DNA of 64,000 nt, from positions 128,001 through 192,000 of the forward strand of contig CAVZDU010000001.1 of the NCBI GenBank assembly GCA_963774265.1, given 5' to 3'. Origin of the DNA: an uncultured Chloroflexia bacterium. Its GTDB lineage: Bacteria; Chloroflexota; Anaerolineae; CG2-30-64-16. Below, one piece after another: positions 50,596-61,425 of the stretch. Position numbers and translations under genes: made by a program. How positions within the stretch are numbered: position 1 is the first letter of the stretch; the number at the start of each line of letters is the position of its first letter. The notes under the pieces are model-generated. The model did not search any database. It was not told where the DNA came from and worked only from the letters and a program-made list of their open reading frames with translations.

Positions 50596-51929
50596 ATGAA
50601 ACGGGCCTTTTCTCGGGCAGCCATTGCCCTGATCGCGATACTGACCATTTCCGGCGTGCGGGCTTCAGCGGACGAGCGCGTTCTCCCCACCGCTGGCGTC
50701 AGAACCATCGCGCTCGAGGATGGCTCCCTGGTGGACGAGACCATCATCGATGGCCCGCCGCGCCCTCCCCCCGGCTACGAGCTGGAGCGTGCATCCGTGG
50801 CGCTGCCCGCACCCGACACGGTCGCGGGAACCAATGTGCTGACTGTCCCCGCGTATGCGTGGTCTTTCGGATGCACTGCGACCTCCGGCGCGATGATCGC
50901 CGGGTATTATGACCGGACGGGTTATGGGAACATGTATGCCGGTCCCACCAACGGCGGCATGATGCCGCCGGACAGCAGCGCCTGGCCGCGGTGGATCGAC
51001 GGGAACGGCGACACGTACGACCAATGCCCATTGACCGCCTCCCGCCTGGGGCTGGATGGCAGAGCAGGCCGCGGCTCCATCGACGACTACTGGATCGCCT
51101 ATGGCAGCACCGCGAGGATCCCTACATAACAGGCGGCTGGACCCAACACACATGGGGCGATGCGATCGGCGACTACATGAAAACCAGCCAGTCCGCCTAC
51201 GGCAACAGCGATGGATCGACGCTCTACTACACCTGGACGTCCTCGCCTGGGCAGCTCACCTGCGCTTACCTGGCAGCGAACGACCTGATACAGGATGTGG
51301 CCTTAGGGATCAAAGCCTTTTATGAAGCCAGGGGCTATACGGTCACGGACTGCTATAACCAAAAGACCAACAATATTGTGAGTGGAGCATTCTCATTCGC
51401 CCTGTACAAGGCGGAAATCGATGCGGGCCGGCCCGTGATGCTTCACCTTAATGGCCATACCGTCGTCGGCGTCGGTTATAGCGACGCTGCCAACACGGTC
51501 TACCTCCACGACACCTGGGACTACGGCACTCACACGATGACCTGGGGGGGCAGTTATTCGGGGCGTGCGATGATGGCAGTCAGCATTGTGAAGCTTCTGG
51601 GGCCGCTGCCGGCAGTTGGCGAGCTGGCCGTCGCCCGCGTTGACGACACGACGATAGAGTTGACGTGGGTCGCGGTCACAGGCGCGACCGGTTACGAGGT
51701 CTGGTATGCGACCGGCGAACCGTACTTCACCCCCGGCGACGACTGCAATAACCCCGGCCGCTTCGGGTGTGCGGCAGTCACAGGCACGAGCTTCGAACAC
51801 GCCTCGCTGGGCAGTGCGGCCGGCAACATCACCTACGCCGTGCGTGCGGTGAGCGCCTCCGGCGCCCCCCCGTCCCTCTCAGCAGGCCGCGTGGGCGAAT
51901 TTGTGTATGACTTGGCGCCGGGAGGCTGA
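50596..51929 (+). CDS. Secreted papain-like (C10/C39-like) cysteine peptidase with FN3-like C-terminus (frameshift near 51110)
   Basis: W..GC.ATSGAM...YY nucleophile region, EIDAGRPV....GH.VV..GY, HDTW. Confidence 0.7.
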
Positions 51930-51967
51930 AGCCTCGCTCCACCAGCATTCGTTCGCGCGAGTGGCCC

Positions 51968-54148
51968 CTATCCCTTGTGCAGGCCTCTCCAAACCGCCTC
52001 GGGCACGAGCGGAAGACGGTCGAACCATACCCCGGTCGCATCATGAACCGCGCAGACGATGGCCGGGGCAAGGGGGCCAAACGGCGCTTCACCCACGCCC
52101 CGCACGCCAAACGGGCCTTGGGGATCGGGCTTTTCCAGCAGGTGTGTCTCCACGCTTGCCGGTATATCGGCCACCGTGGGAATCAGGTAGGTGCTCAGCC
52201 GGTCGGTCAGGATGCGGCCGTCCTCGGTGACGAGATTCTCCATCACCGCCCAGCCCTGGGCCTGCACGACAGCTCCCTCAATCTGCCCCTGCACCTGTTG
52301 CGGGTTGACCGCGCGGCCGGGATCCTGGACCGCGATCACGCGCTCCAGCCGGACGAAACCCGTCTCGGTGTCTACTTCGACCTCAACGGCTTGGGCAACA
52401 TAGGAGAAGCTGACCGAGTTCACCGACGCGCCGGTCTCCGGATCGAAGGGTGTAGTCACTGGCGCCCGGTAACGGTACTCGGCCACGGCCGGGCGATCCT
52501 CGTCGCGCCAGCGGGCGAGCGCCATGTCGGCCGCGGTCACCACCGCGTTACCGGCGAAGAATGTCAGCCGGGAAGCCGAGGCCGGCCCCGCATCGCCGAT
52601 ATTGGCCGTGTCAGATGCGATCACCGACACGCGTTCTACGGGAATGCCCAGCCTCTCGGCCGCAAGCTGCGCCAAGGCCGAATGCGCACCCTGCCCCACC
52701 TCCGCGGCCGCCGTATGGACTTCTGCGGCCTCGATGGTCGTATCACCGTGCAGCACCACGCGCGCCGTGCTACCCTCCGGGAACCCAAAACTGAAACCGG
52801 CGTTTTTCATGCTCACTGCCAGGCCCAGCCCGCGGCGCTTTCCCGTCGCGCACCCTCCGGCGGCGCCGGCCAGCGAGGGAAACTGCCAACCCGTTGGGGT
52901 TTCGATAACGCCGGCCTCCCTGGCGCAGGCTTCGAGCAGCTCCGCCACGCTGACACCGCCCGGTATCGGCGATTGAGTCGCCAGCAAATCGCCATCGCGC
53001 AGGCAGTTGCGCAGCCGAAGCGTGACCGGGTCAATGCCCAGCGCCTCCGCCAGGTGCGCCATCTGCAGTTCTGAAGCGAAGGCCGCCTGGGGCGCGCCGA
53101 AGCCGCGCAGGGCGCCGGTGGAAATGTTGTTGGTGTAGACGGCCCGGCCGTCGATGCGCACATTCGGGATGTTGTAGGGGCCGGTGGCGGCGAAGAGGAA
53201 GTTGTCCAACACCGAGGTGCTGGTCGAGGCGTACGCGCCGGCATCAGAAACGATGTCCATCTCTGCGGCCACCAGCGTGCCATCGCGGCGCGCGCCCCAC
53301 TTGTAGTGCAGGCGGATCGGGTGGCGCTTATGGTGGGCGGTGATGGATTCCGTACGGGTCCATTCGATCTTGACCGGCCGGCGCAAGCGCCAGGCAGCCA
53401 GGGCCAGGACGAGCTGCACTGAGATGTCCTCGCGTCCGCCGAAGGCGCCGCCAATCGGGCCATAAATGATGCGCACCTGCTCCAGCGGCAGGCCCAGCGC
53501 CTCGGCGATCTGGCGCTGGTCGTCATGGGTGTTCTGGCCCGCGCCGTGGACCGTAACCCGGCCTTGCTCATCGATGTAGCCGAGGCCGGCCTCCGGCTCC
53601 ATGAAGGCGTGTTCCTGGTACGATGTTTGGTAAGTACGCTCCACCACAACGTCGGCCGACGCCATCGCCGCGCTCGCGTCGCCACGGCGCAGGCGGATGG
53701 TGCGCAGCACGTTGTCGGGGTGTTCGGCGTGGAGGATCGGCGCGCCGGGGCCGAGGGCCTGGTCCGGATCGGCCAGCACGGGCAAATCCTCGTACTCCAC
53801 CGCCACCAGCGCGGCAGCCGCAGCAGCTTGCTCCGGCGTCTCAGCGACCACGGCCGCGACCCGGTCGCCCACGAATCGCACCACATCAGCGCAGAAGACG
53901 GGCTGATCGGCGATCATCAGGCCGTACAGGTTGTGCGGCACATCGCGGGCAGTGAAGACCGCGTGAACGCCGGGGCAGGCCAGGGCGCGGCTCGTATCCA
54001 GGCTCACGATCCGCGCGTGGGGACGGCCGGCGAACACCAGCTTCATGTGCAACATGCCGGCCGTGCGCAAGTCCCTTGCGAACACTGCGGTTCCGGTGAC
54101 CTTGGACACCGCATCCCCACGGACGACCGACTTCCCGACTGACGTCAT
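51968..54148 (-). CDS. Xanthine dehydrogenase family molybdopterin-binding subunit
   Basis: KVTG.A.F, QEHAFMEP, GGAFGG, ALRGFG.PQ, EVGQG, VNP...GQIEG, GVGE. Confidence 0.92.
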   Translation of the reverse strand: MTSVGKSVVRGDAVSKVTGTAVFARDLRTAGMLHMKLVFAGRPHARIVSLDTSRALACPGVHAVFTARDVPHNLYGLMIADQPVFCADVVRFVGDRVAAVVAETPEQAAAAAALVAVEYEDLPVLADPDQALGPGAPILHAEHPDNVLRTIRLRRGDASAAMASADVVVERTYQTSYQEHAFMEPEAGLGYIDEQGRVTVHGAGQNTHDDQRQIAEALGLPLEQVRIIYGPIGGAFGGREDISVQLVLALAAWRLRRPVKIEWTRTESITAHHKRHPIRLHYKWGARRDGTLVAAEMDIVSDAGAYASTSTSVLDNFLFAATGPYNIPNVRIDGRAVYTNNISTGALRGFGAPQAAFASELQMAHLAEALGIDPVTLRLRNCLRDGDLLATQSPIPGGVSVAELLEACAREAGVIETPTGWQFPSLAGAAGGCATGKRRGLGLAVSMKNAGFSFGFPEGSTARVVLHGDTTIEAAEVHTAAAEVGQGAHSALAQLAAERLGIPVERVSVIASDTANIGDAGPASASRLTFFAGNAVVTAADMALARWRDEDRPAVAEYRYRAPVTTPFDPETGASVNSVSFSYVAQAVEVEVDTETGFVRLERVIAVQDPGRAVNPQQVQGQIEGAVVQAQGWAVMENLVTEDGRILTDRLSTYLIPTVADIPASVETHLLEKPDPQGPFGVRGVGEAPFGPLAPAIVCAVHDATGVWFDRLPLVPEAVWRGLHKG

Positions 54149-54159
54149 GGCGGCCTCCA

Positions 54160-55104
54160 CTATTTATCCCCGCGCGAGTAGGGCACGGCGAACGCGGCCG
54201 GGAACTCAGCGCGACGGGAGACTCCGACCAGGACGATGATCGTGATCACGTAAGGCAGCATCAGCAGAAGCTCGGACGGGATCGGCAGTTTGAGCGTTTG
54301 CAGCGACAACTGGAGAGCCATGGCGCCGCCGAAGAGCAGCGCGCCCCAAAGCGCACGCACGGGATCCCAGCGCGCAAACACGACCACGGCCACCGCAATG
54401 AAACCCCGGCCCGCGGTGATCTGGGTCCAGAAGATGCCGAGGCTGGCCAGCGGCAGGAATGCACCGCCCAGGCCAGCGAGCGCCCCGCCGATGATCAGGC
54501 TGATGTAGCGCAACCGATCCACGCTCAGCCCGCGCGTGTCCACCGCGTCGGGCCTCTCGCCGACTGCGCGGAGCGCCAGCCCGAAGCGCGTGCGGTACAA
54601 GACGACCCAGGCCACCGGCACCAGGATCAGGGCCAGGTAGACAAGGATGTTGTGAGTGAAGACCATCTCGCCCAGCACAGGGAGCCGGCTAAGCCCCGGG
54701 ATCGGCTGCACCGGGAACATTGTGATGGTCGGCGGCGTGCTGCGCAGCCCAAAGAACAGGCGGAAGAGCAGGGTTGACAACCCGCTGCCCAGAATGGTGA
54801 TCCCCAGGCCCGCGACCACCTGATTCACCTTGGCGGTAACGCTCATAAAGCCCATCAACAGCCCCATTGCGGCCCCGCACAGCATCGCCAACAGCACGCC
54901 GAGCCACAGGCTGCCGGTTGCGTAGGCGCCGACAAAGCCCGCCAACGCACCCATGAGCATGATTCCCTCCAGGCCCAGGTTCAGGATGCCGGCCCGTTCT
55001 GTGAAGGTCTCCCCGAGAGCCGCGAAAAGAATCGGCACGGCCAGCCGCACGGCGGCCCCCAGCAGACCAACTATGAACGGAAAGGTGATCAGTTCGACGT
55101 TCAT
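54160..55104 (-). CDS. Nucleoside/sugar ABC transporter permease
   Basis: ERAGILNLGLEG.ML, GE.P..VD..G, GRGFIA.A, LPY..T. Confidence 0.9.
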   Translation of the reverse strand: MNVELITFPFIVGLLGAAVRLAVPILFAALGETFTERAGILNLGLEGIMLMGALAGFVGAYATGSLWLGVLLAMLCGAAMGLLMGFMSVTAKVNQVVAGLGITILGSGLSTLLFRLFFGLRSTPPTITMFPVQPIPGLSRLPVLGEMVFTHNILVYLALILVPVAWVVLYRTRFGLALRAVGERPDAVDTRGLSVDRLRYISLIIGGALAGLGGAFLPLASLGIFWTQITAGRGFIAVAVVVFARWDPVRALWGALLFGGAMALQLSLQTLKLPIPSELLLMLPYVITIIVLVGVSRRAEFPAAFAVPYSRGDK

Positions 55105-56168
55105 CGGGCGCCCCTCCTGAACCTGAAGATGTAGCCGCGCGCCAGAATCAGCAAGATGATGCACCCCTGGATGACGTCCACCAGGGCGAATGGGACGCCG
55201 GCGTTGCGCTCCATCGCATTGCCGCCCACCACCAGTGCGCCGAACAGGAACGCGGACACCACCATGCCCAGCGGGTGCAGCTCACCCAAGAGCGCCACTA
55301 CGACGCCCAGAGATCCCATGCCGCGCGCAAACTCCTCGATCAGGCGGAAGTGCAGGCCGAACATCTCGCCCCAGCCGGCAATGCCGGCCAACGCACCGGT
55401 GAGCATCGAGACCAAAGCAATGGTGCCGGCTACGCCAAGGCCAATCTGGCGGGCAACCCGGCGGCTGGCGCCGACGATCTCGGTGCGCTGACCCAGCGTG
55501 GTCCGCCAGTAGAGGAGGGCAGCCCCCACCATCAGCAGCGCGACCAGGAACGAGACATTCAGGCGCGTGCCGGCCACCAGGCGCGGCAGCTCGAGCGCGC
55601 GGGCGATCAGCGGCGACTGCGGGAAGTTGAAGCCGGCCGGGTCCTTCATCGGGCCGTGCACCAGGTATGCCAGCAGATACACCGCAATGTAGTTGAGCAT
55701 CGAGGTCGTGATGACCTCGTTGGCCTGGGCGTAGGCTTTTAGCAGCCCGGCGATCAGGCTCCACAATGCCCCCGCCAGCGCGCCGCCGATGAGCGTCAGG
55801 GGCAACAGGATGGCCGGGGGCAGCTCGGAGAATGTCAGCGCAACCCAGATCGAAGCGATGCCGCCCAGGATCACCTGCCCCTCCGCGCCGATGTTCCAGA
55901 TCTGGCAGCGAAAAGAGAGCGAGACCGAGATAGCGACCAAAAGCAGGGGGGTGGCCTGGACCAGCGTTTCGGTGAACCGGTTCACCGACCCAAAGGCGCC
56001 ATCCCACAGGCTCTGGAATGCCAGCAGCGGGTTCTGGCCACTGATCAGCAGCAACAGGGCGCCGATCAACAGGGAGAGCGCCACGGAAAGGACCGCCTGG
56101 TAGGCGCTCCGCCCCAGCGCACGCCAATCGATGCTTCGCCGTAGGATCACCTGCTCACGCGTGGTCAT
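55101..56168 (-). CDS. Nucleoside/sugar ABC transporter permease
   Basis: WNIGAEGQ, NEVITT.MLNY, VALLG.L.P.G. Confidence 0.9.
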   Translation of the reverse strand: MTTREQVILRRSIDWRALGRSAYQAVLSVALSLLIGALLLLISGQNPLLAFQSLWDGAFGSVNRFTETLVQATPLLLVAISVSLSFRCQIWNIGAEGQVILGGIASIWVALTFSELPPAILLPLTLIGGALAGALWSLIAGLLKAYAQANEVITTSMLNYIAVYLLAYLVHGPMKDPAGFNFPQSPLIARALELPRLVAGTRLNVSFLVALLMVGAALLYWRTTLGQRTEIVGASRRVARQIGLGVAGTIALVSMLTGALAGIAGWGEMFGLHFRLIEEFARGMGSLGVVVALLGELHPLGMVVSAFLFGALVVGGNAMERNAGVPFALVDVIQGCIILLILARGYIFRFRRGAR

Positions 56169-57805
56169 ACGACACCTCCGGCGCCGTCGCCAGCCAGGGG
56201 TGTGCCGGCCATCATCAACCCCAGGGTCTGTGCATCGGCTGCACGTGCGTCCAGCTCTCCCATGGACTGGCCGTTGTACATGACCAGGATGCGATCGCTG
56301 AGGAGCATGATCTCGTCCAGGTCGGCCGAAATAAGCAGGATGGCAGCCCCCCGGTCGCGTTCCCCCATCAGCCGCTCGTGAACGTAAGCCGTCGCACCGA
56401 TATCCAGGCCGCGCGCCGGCTGGCTGGCAATGATCAGGCGCGGGGTCTGGCTCAACTCGCGCGCCAGGATCAGCTTCTGCTGGTTTCCCCCAGACAACGT
56501 GCTGGCTCGCACGAACGGACCCGGCGCGCGCACGTCAAAATCGTCCATCACTTGGGCCGTGAACTGGTTGATGGCGCGGTCATTCAAGAAGCCGAACGAG
56601 GAAAAAGGCCGGCGCCTGAACAGCTTCAAGGTAGCGTTCCGGGCGACGTCAAAGCCCAGGATGAGGCCGTCGTTTTGGCGATCATCGGGGATGTAACCTG
56701 TACTGCGCTGCAGGAAGTCATAGGCGCCCCAATTCGAGGCATCCTCGTCCGCGATGACAAGCTGGCCGGCCTGCAGGGGGCGCAAGCGAACGATCGTCTC
56801 GGCCAGTTCGCGCTGGCCGTTGCCGTCAACGCCGGCAATGCCCAAAATCTCGCCGCTGCGGAGCGTCAGGCTCACCCCACGCACGGCCGGCAGGCCGCGG
56901 TCATCATTGGCGTGAACCGCCTTCACCTCCAACATCACCGGGCCAGTGGTGCGCTGAGCTGCCGGCGCCTCGACCGGCGCGGCGTCTTGTGCACCGGCCA
57001 GGACCAGCACCTGGTTTCTCTGCTCCGCGCGCAGGGCGACAAGATCGCGGCCGATCATCTCCCGGGCGAGCCGCGCCTTGTCGGTTTCGCGCGTCAAAGC
57101 CTCGAAGACCACCCGGCCGGCCCGGAGCACGGTGACGCGGTCGGTGAGCCGCATCACCTCGTCCAGCTTGTGGCTGATGAAGACGATCGCTTTACCTTGC
57201 TCGGCCATCTGCTTCAGGCTGGCGACCAGGCTGTCGGCTTCCTGCGGGGTCAGGACGGCGGTAGGCTCGTCAAGGATCAAAATCTCCGCCCCGCGATAGA
57301 GGCTGCTCAGAATCTCGACCCGCTGTTGCTGGCCGACCGAAAGATCCTGCACGATCGCGCGGGGATCGATCTGGACCCCATTCTCTTCCGCGACCTGCTG
57401 AACCCGGCGCTCGGCAGCCTTTATGTCAAGTAATCCGCGGCCCTTGAGGCCCAGGATGATGTTCTCAGTAACCGTCAAGGGCGGAACCAGCCTGAAGTGC
57501 TGGTGCACCATCCCGATTCCGTGGTGGATGGCGTCGGCAGGAGAGGCGATCGTCACGGGCTGGCCCCGCACCAGGATCTGGCCGGCGTCCGGTTGGTACA
57601 GGCCGAACAGGATGTTCATCAAGGTGGTCTTCCCGGCGCCGTTCTCCCCCAGGAGGCCGTGAATCTCACCCTTGTGAAGTTCGAGATTGACCTGGTCGTT
57701 GGCAAGCACACCGGGAAACCGCTTGGTGATGCCGGCCATCTGCACGATGCCCATCGCCGTCCCTCCTGCGCGCTGGCGCACTTCAGCTCCCGATGGGCCT
57801 GACAC
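56165..57805 (-). CDS. ABC transporter ATP-binding protein (double ATPase, CUT2 type)
   Basis: GENGAGKT, LSVGQQQRVE, ILDEPT, LSGGNQQK. Confidence 0.93.
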   Translation of the reverse strand: MSGPSGAEVRQRAGGTAMGIVQMAGITKRFPGVLANDQVNLELHKGEIHGLLGENGAGKTTLMNILFGLYQPDAGQILVRGQPVTIASPADAIHHGIGMVHQHFRLVPPLTVTENIILGLKGRGLLDIKAAERRVQQVAEENGVQIDPRAIVQDLSVGQQQRVEILSSLYRGAEILILDEPTAVLTPQEADSLVASLKQMAEQGKAIVFISHKLDEVMRLTDRVTVLRAGRVVFEALTRETDKARLAREMIGRDLVALRAEQRNQVLVLAGAQDAAPVEAPAAQRTTGPVMLEVKAVHANDDRGLPAVRGVSLTLRSGEILGIAGVDGNGQRELAETIVRLRPLQAGQLVIADEDASNWGAYDFLQRSTGYIPDDRQNDGLILGFDVARNATLKLFRRRPFSSFGFLNDRAINQFTAQVMDDFDVRAPGPFVRASTLSGGNQQKLILARELSQTPRLIIASQPARGLDIGATAYVHERLMGERDRGAAILLISADLDEIMLLSDRILVMYNGQSMGELDARAADAQTLGLMMAGTPLAGDGAGGVV

Positions 57806-57840
57806 CCGCCGGGAGTTGAAGTGCGCGGGAAGACGTCCTG

Positions 57841-58924
57841 CTATTCTTCCAGTTTGACGGAGTCCAGGTCGCCGAGGTCGAGCGTTCCGGCTTCGAACTG
57901 CTTCTGGGTCGCTTCGAACTTGGTCAGCGCTTCAGCAGGGATCTTGCTCTTGACTGCTTCGTTGAAGGCGAAGGACACGCCCTTGTTGGCGAACTCGATC
58001 CAGTACGTCTTGTTGCCGAACTGGTTGGCGCCGATCTCGTCGATCATCTGGCCGTAGACCGGGGCCCAGTCGTAGACAAAGCTCGAAATGACGTTGTCCG
58101 GCGCGAGGCTCGTCTGTTCGGCGATGTTGCCGAAGCAGAGCTTGCCCTGCTCCTTGCAGGCGCCCAGGACGGCTATGCCGATGCCGTCGCCGCTCTGCCA
58201 GACGATGTCGGCCCCGGCCTTCATCTGGCTCAGCGCGGCTTCTTTGGCGCCGGCCAGGTCATTGAAGTCGCCGACAAAGTTGTTCACCACCTTGGCATCC
58301 GGGTTCACCAACTTGACGCCCTGCATGAAGGCGACGTGGCCGCGATGAATCTCCGAGACGTCAACGCCGCCGACCGCGCCGATGAGTTTCGTTTTGGTCA
58401 GGTACCCGGCGATGATGCCGGCCAGGTAGCCGCCCTGCTCCATCTTGACATCATACACGCCGACGTTCGCCGCCAGCTTGTACCCGGTGCCGATCGCGAA
58501 GTGGGCTTTGGGGAACTCCGGCGCGACTTTGATGATGGGCTCCTGGAACTGGAAGCCATGGCCGACGATCAGGTCGTAGCCCTGCTGCGCGTAATCCCGC
58601 AAGGCCGGTTCGATCGAGACCGGGTCGTAAACCTGCTCGACGACCTTGAGTTCGACCGGGACCTTGGCGTTCTTGAACGGCGCGCTGCATGCCGTCGTAG
58701 GACGCCTGGTTCCAGGATACATCGTCCGCCCGACCGGGCAGGATCAGCGCCACCTTGAGCGGCTTAACGGCCGGCGCGGCTGTCGCGGCCGGTGCGGCCG
58801 CTGCGGCTTGCGTTGGCGCTGGCGCCTGGGTTGCAGGCGGCGGCGTCACGCATCCGGCCACGAGCACCAGCAGCAGCGACAGGCACACGATTGTACCAAC
58901 GATTTGGACATGCCGAGACTTCAT
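57841..58924 (-). CDS. BMP-family ABC substrate-binding lipoprotein (frameshift near 58685)
   Basis: LVAGC lipobox, D.SWNQ..Y.G, GYDLI.GHGF, EQGGYLAG, GADIV. Confidence 0.88.
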
Positions 58925-59023
58925 AGGGAACCTCCTCCGTTTTGTTGAATGAGATGATGGTGTTTCTCGAATCACGAGTTTGGCCTACGGGCAGGTTGAT
59001 ACCGGATGGTGGAAGCTGGCAGT

Positions 59024-59052
59024 ACTATAAGGTGTTCGACGGCTCCCGTCAA
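59024..59052 (-). promoter_or_regulatory. Sigma70-type promoter of the ABC/XDH operon
   Basis: TTGACG-17-TATAGT. Confidence 0.65.
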
Positions 59053-59083
59053 TATCCCAGGGGCGGTGCCCCGCTTGAATGCA

Positions 59084-60349
59084 TCATGCGCCGATTCTGT
59101 AAACCGTAGTCGGCGACGCGACGTACAATTCACCGTTCGCGTCCTGCCCGAAGGTGCGTGGGTTGTTAAGCACCCCGCCGACCACCAGCATTTTCGTCAC
59201 CGAGGACCCGCCCGCGGTGTGCCGCAAGGTCCACAGCTCTCCGCTGCAGTAGTCGGCAAAGAAATACAGCCCAGCCAGGAGCGGCTGGCTCGACCCGCGG
59301 TGCACATACCCTCCCGTGATCGAGCACCGGCCGCCGGAGTGGTCGTACTCGTGGATCGGCGCAACGACGGGCGGGTTCGACGCGCACGCGGGCGACCGAT
59401 CGGTGGCGTTGGGCAGCGTTCCCTCCCAGCAGTCCCAGCCGTAGTTCTGCCCGCCCGGGTTGAGGGCGGGTTGGAAATCGATCTCCTCACGGCTGGCCTG
59501 TCCGACGTCCGCGATCCACAGGTCGCCCGTCAACCGGTCGAAGCTAAAGCGCCAGGGGTTGCGCAGCCCGTAAGCCCAAATCTCATCGCACGCACCGCCC
59601 GCCCCGTCCGCCAGCGGGTTGCCCGCGGGAATACCGTAATTAAGGCCGGCCGCGCTGCCACACTTTGCACCCCCTGTCGTGTCCACGTCGATGCGCAGGA
59701 TCTTGCCGAGCAGGTTTCCGGTGTTCTGGCTGTTGTTCTGCGGATCGTACGAGCTGCCGCCGTCACCCGTGCTGATATATAAGTAGCCATCGGGACCGAA
59801 ATGCAGCGCACCGCCGTTGTGGTTGTCGAAAGGCTGGCTAAACTCGATGATCACCGTCTCGCTGTTGGGGTCCGCCACATCGGGGTCGCCGCTGAGCGCA
59901 AACCGCGACACCCGCGAGTGGAGCCCGCCGCCCGCGGCTATATAGGTGTAGTTGACGTAGAGATAGCCGTTGGCAGCATGATTCGGGTGGAAGGCCAGCC
60001 CCAGCAAGCCGCGTTCGCCGCAACACGCGATCCGCGTGCTGATGTCGAGGAAGGGGGCTGTCAGCAGGCCGCCGTTCTTGAGGATGCGGATCTGGCCGCC
60101 CTGCTGGACGATGAAGAGGCGGCGATCCTGCGGGTCTCCGTCGCCCGCGTGGGTCACGTCGGTGATGTCGGCCAGTCCCGACGCGACCGGCGTGATGCGC
60201 ACCTGGCTGGGCGCGGCCGTCCCTCCCGCGACGAACGGCAGATAAACGGTGGATGGACCCGCCGCCCTCCCCAGGGCCGGACCCATCATCACGACCAACA
60301 GCAGCGCGAGTAACAGCGCTCTGCGGCCTGCGCTACGGTGACCAGACAT
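59084..60349 (-). CDS. PQQ-dependent sugar dehydrogenase (GSDH-family beta-propeller)
   Basis: ERGLLGLAFHP, NHNGG.L.FGPDGYLY...GDGG, GKILRIDV, GLRNPWRFSFD, NYGW...EG. Confidence 0.9.
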   Translation of the reverse strand: MSGHRSAGRRALLLALLLVVMMGPALGRAAGPSTVYLPFVAGGTAAPSQVRITPVASGLADITDVTHAGDGDPQDRRLFIVQQGGQIRILKNGGLLTAPFLDISTRIACCGERGLLGLAFHPNHAANGYLYVNYTYIAAGGGLHSRVSRFALSGDPDVADPNSETVIIEFSQPFDNHNGGALHFGPDGYLYISTGDGGSSYDPQNNSQNTGNLLGKILRIDVDTTGGAKCGSAAGLNYGIPAGNPLADGAGGACDEIWAYGLRNPWRFSFDRLTGDLWIADVGQASREEIDFQPALNPGGQNYGWDCWEGTLPNATDRSPACASNPPVVAPIHEYDHSGGRCSITGGYVHRGSSQPLLAGLYFFADYCSGELWTLRHTAGGSSVTKMLVVGGVLNNPRTFGQDANGELYVASPTTVYRIGA

Positions 60350-60468
60350 GCGGACCCCCTCCGGGCGCCGCGTCGTGCGCGGCGAACCTGTGCATAATAT
60401 GCACCATTTCCAGGCCCGCCGCAGTCGCGCAGCTTCCGATGCCGGCGCACCACCAGGACGATCCGGTT

Positions 60469-60522
60469 ACTGGTGCACTGGTGCACTTGATTTCGGAGGG
60501 ATATACACACACACACCGCCCT
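60469..60522 (+). repeat. Left copy of a ~53-bp inverted repeat
   Basis: actggtgcactggtgcacttgatttcggagggatatacacacacacaccgccct. Confidence 0.85.
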
Positions 60523-60623
60523 GGCACAATGGACGTGCTCGAAAACGCGGATGACTCTGTAGAACCCCTGCCGCCACTGCCACAAACGTTGGGCTGCCTG
60601 TTGGCACGCGATAAAGCGGCTTA

Positions 60624-61273
60624 CTACCCGAGCAGCGCCGCTCTCCAGACTCCCTGTAACGCCCGATAATCCAGCAGAATGATCCCCTCTTCTTTGACGC
60701 GCTCTTTCGCCTGTTGAGACGTCCAAAAATCAAAGTCCGTCTGGCGTATGTGATTGCCGTCGGGTTCTATGGCCAGCAACTCAGCATTGTCGAGACCGGG
60801 ATGGACCGCCCACTCACTCAGACCAACCGGCAACTCGTGCAGCATCTGTGCATAACGAGCGGCTTTGGTGACTGGATCCAGGCCGTAGCTGTCCAAAAAG
60901 TCGTAATCGCTGGCCGGTAAGCCCTGGCTGTGCACCTTTTCGATCCATGGTCGTCCGCGCACGCGGAGTGCCAGGCCGTATTCTTTGGCCAGCCGAAACA
61001 TCAGATCACGGTAATCGACCCACTCTGAGATGACGGTGAGGTGCACCGCGAAAGGATTTCGGGACGAGCCGCGAGGAAACGCATGGCGCGTAGAGCCCAA
61101 GGGCAGGGGACCATCAAGCTCGTGGAACGGACCACGCCTGCCTGCAACGTTTGAAAGATGGCCTCGTTGACCGCATGGCACATCCCAAAATCATCGGCGT
61201 TGACAATCAACAAAGGCGCATCAACCGGATATCCCAGCAGGCGGTTTGTTTGGCCTTTGTTTGGTGGCGTCAT
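60624..61273 (-). pseudogene. ChbG/YdjC/HpnK-family deacetylase, frameshifted and internally deleted
   Basis: LIVNADDFGM, STSLMVPCPW, VHLT..SEW, EW.VHPG present; the central segment carrying the usual HLD.H motif is absent. Confidence 0.75.
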
Positions 61274-61337
61274 CTCGCTGCACACTCCGTGCGGATAACA
61301 TACCACGCATGGCAAATGCCGGCAATGAGTTACGGTG

Positions 61338-61389
61338 AGGGAGGTGTGTGTGTCTATCCCCCCGAAATCAAGTGCACTAGTGCACAAGT
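61338..61389 (-). repeat. Right copy of the ~53-bp inverted repeat
   Basis: Reverse complement acttgtgcactagtgcacttgatttcggggggatagacacacacacctccct. Confidence 0.85.
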
Positions 61390-61425
61390 CCGCGTACGGA
61401 CAGTGATCCGGCTGGGCATATGACC

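Noticed and set aside
61279-61300. DnaA-box-like TTATCCGCA upstream of the deacetylase
   Set aside because: Single mismatched copy with no cluster or AT-rich unwinding region.
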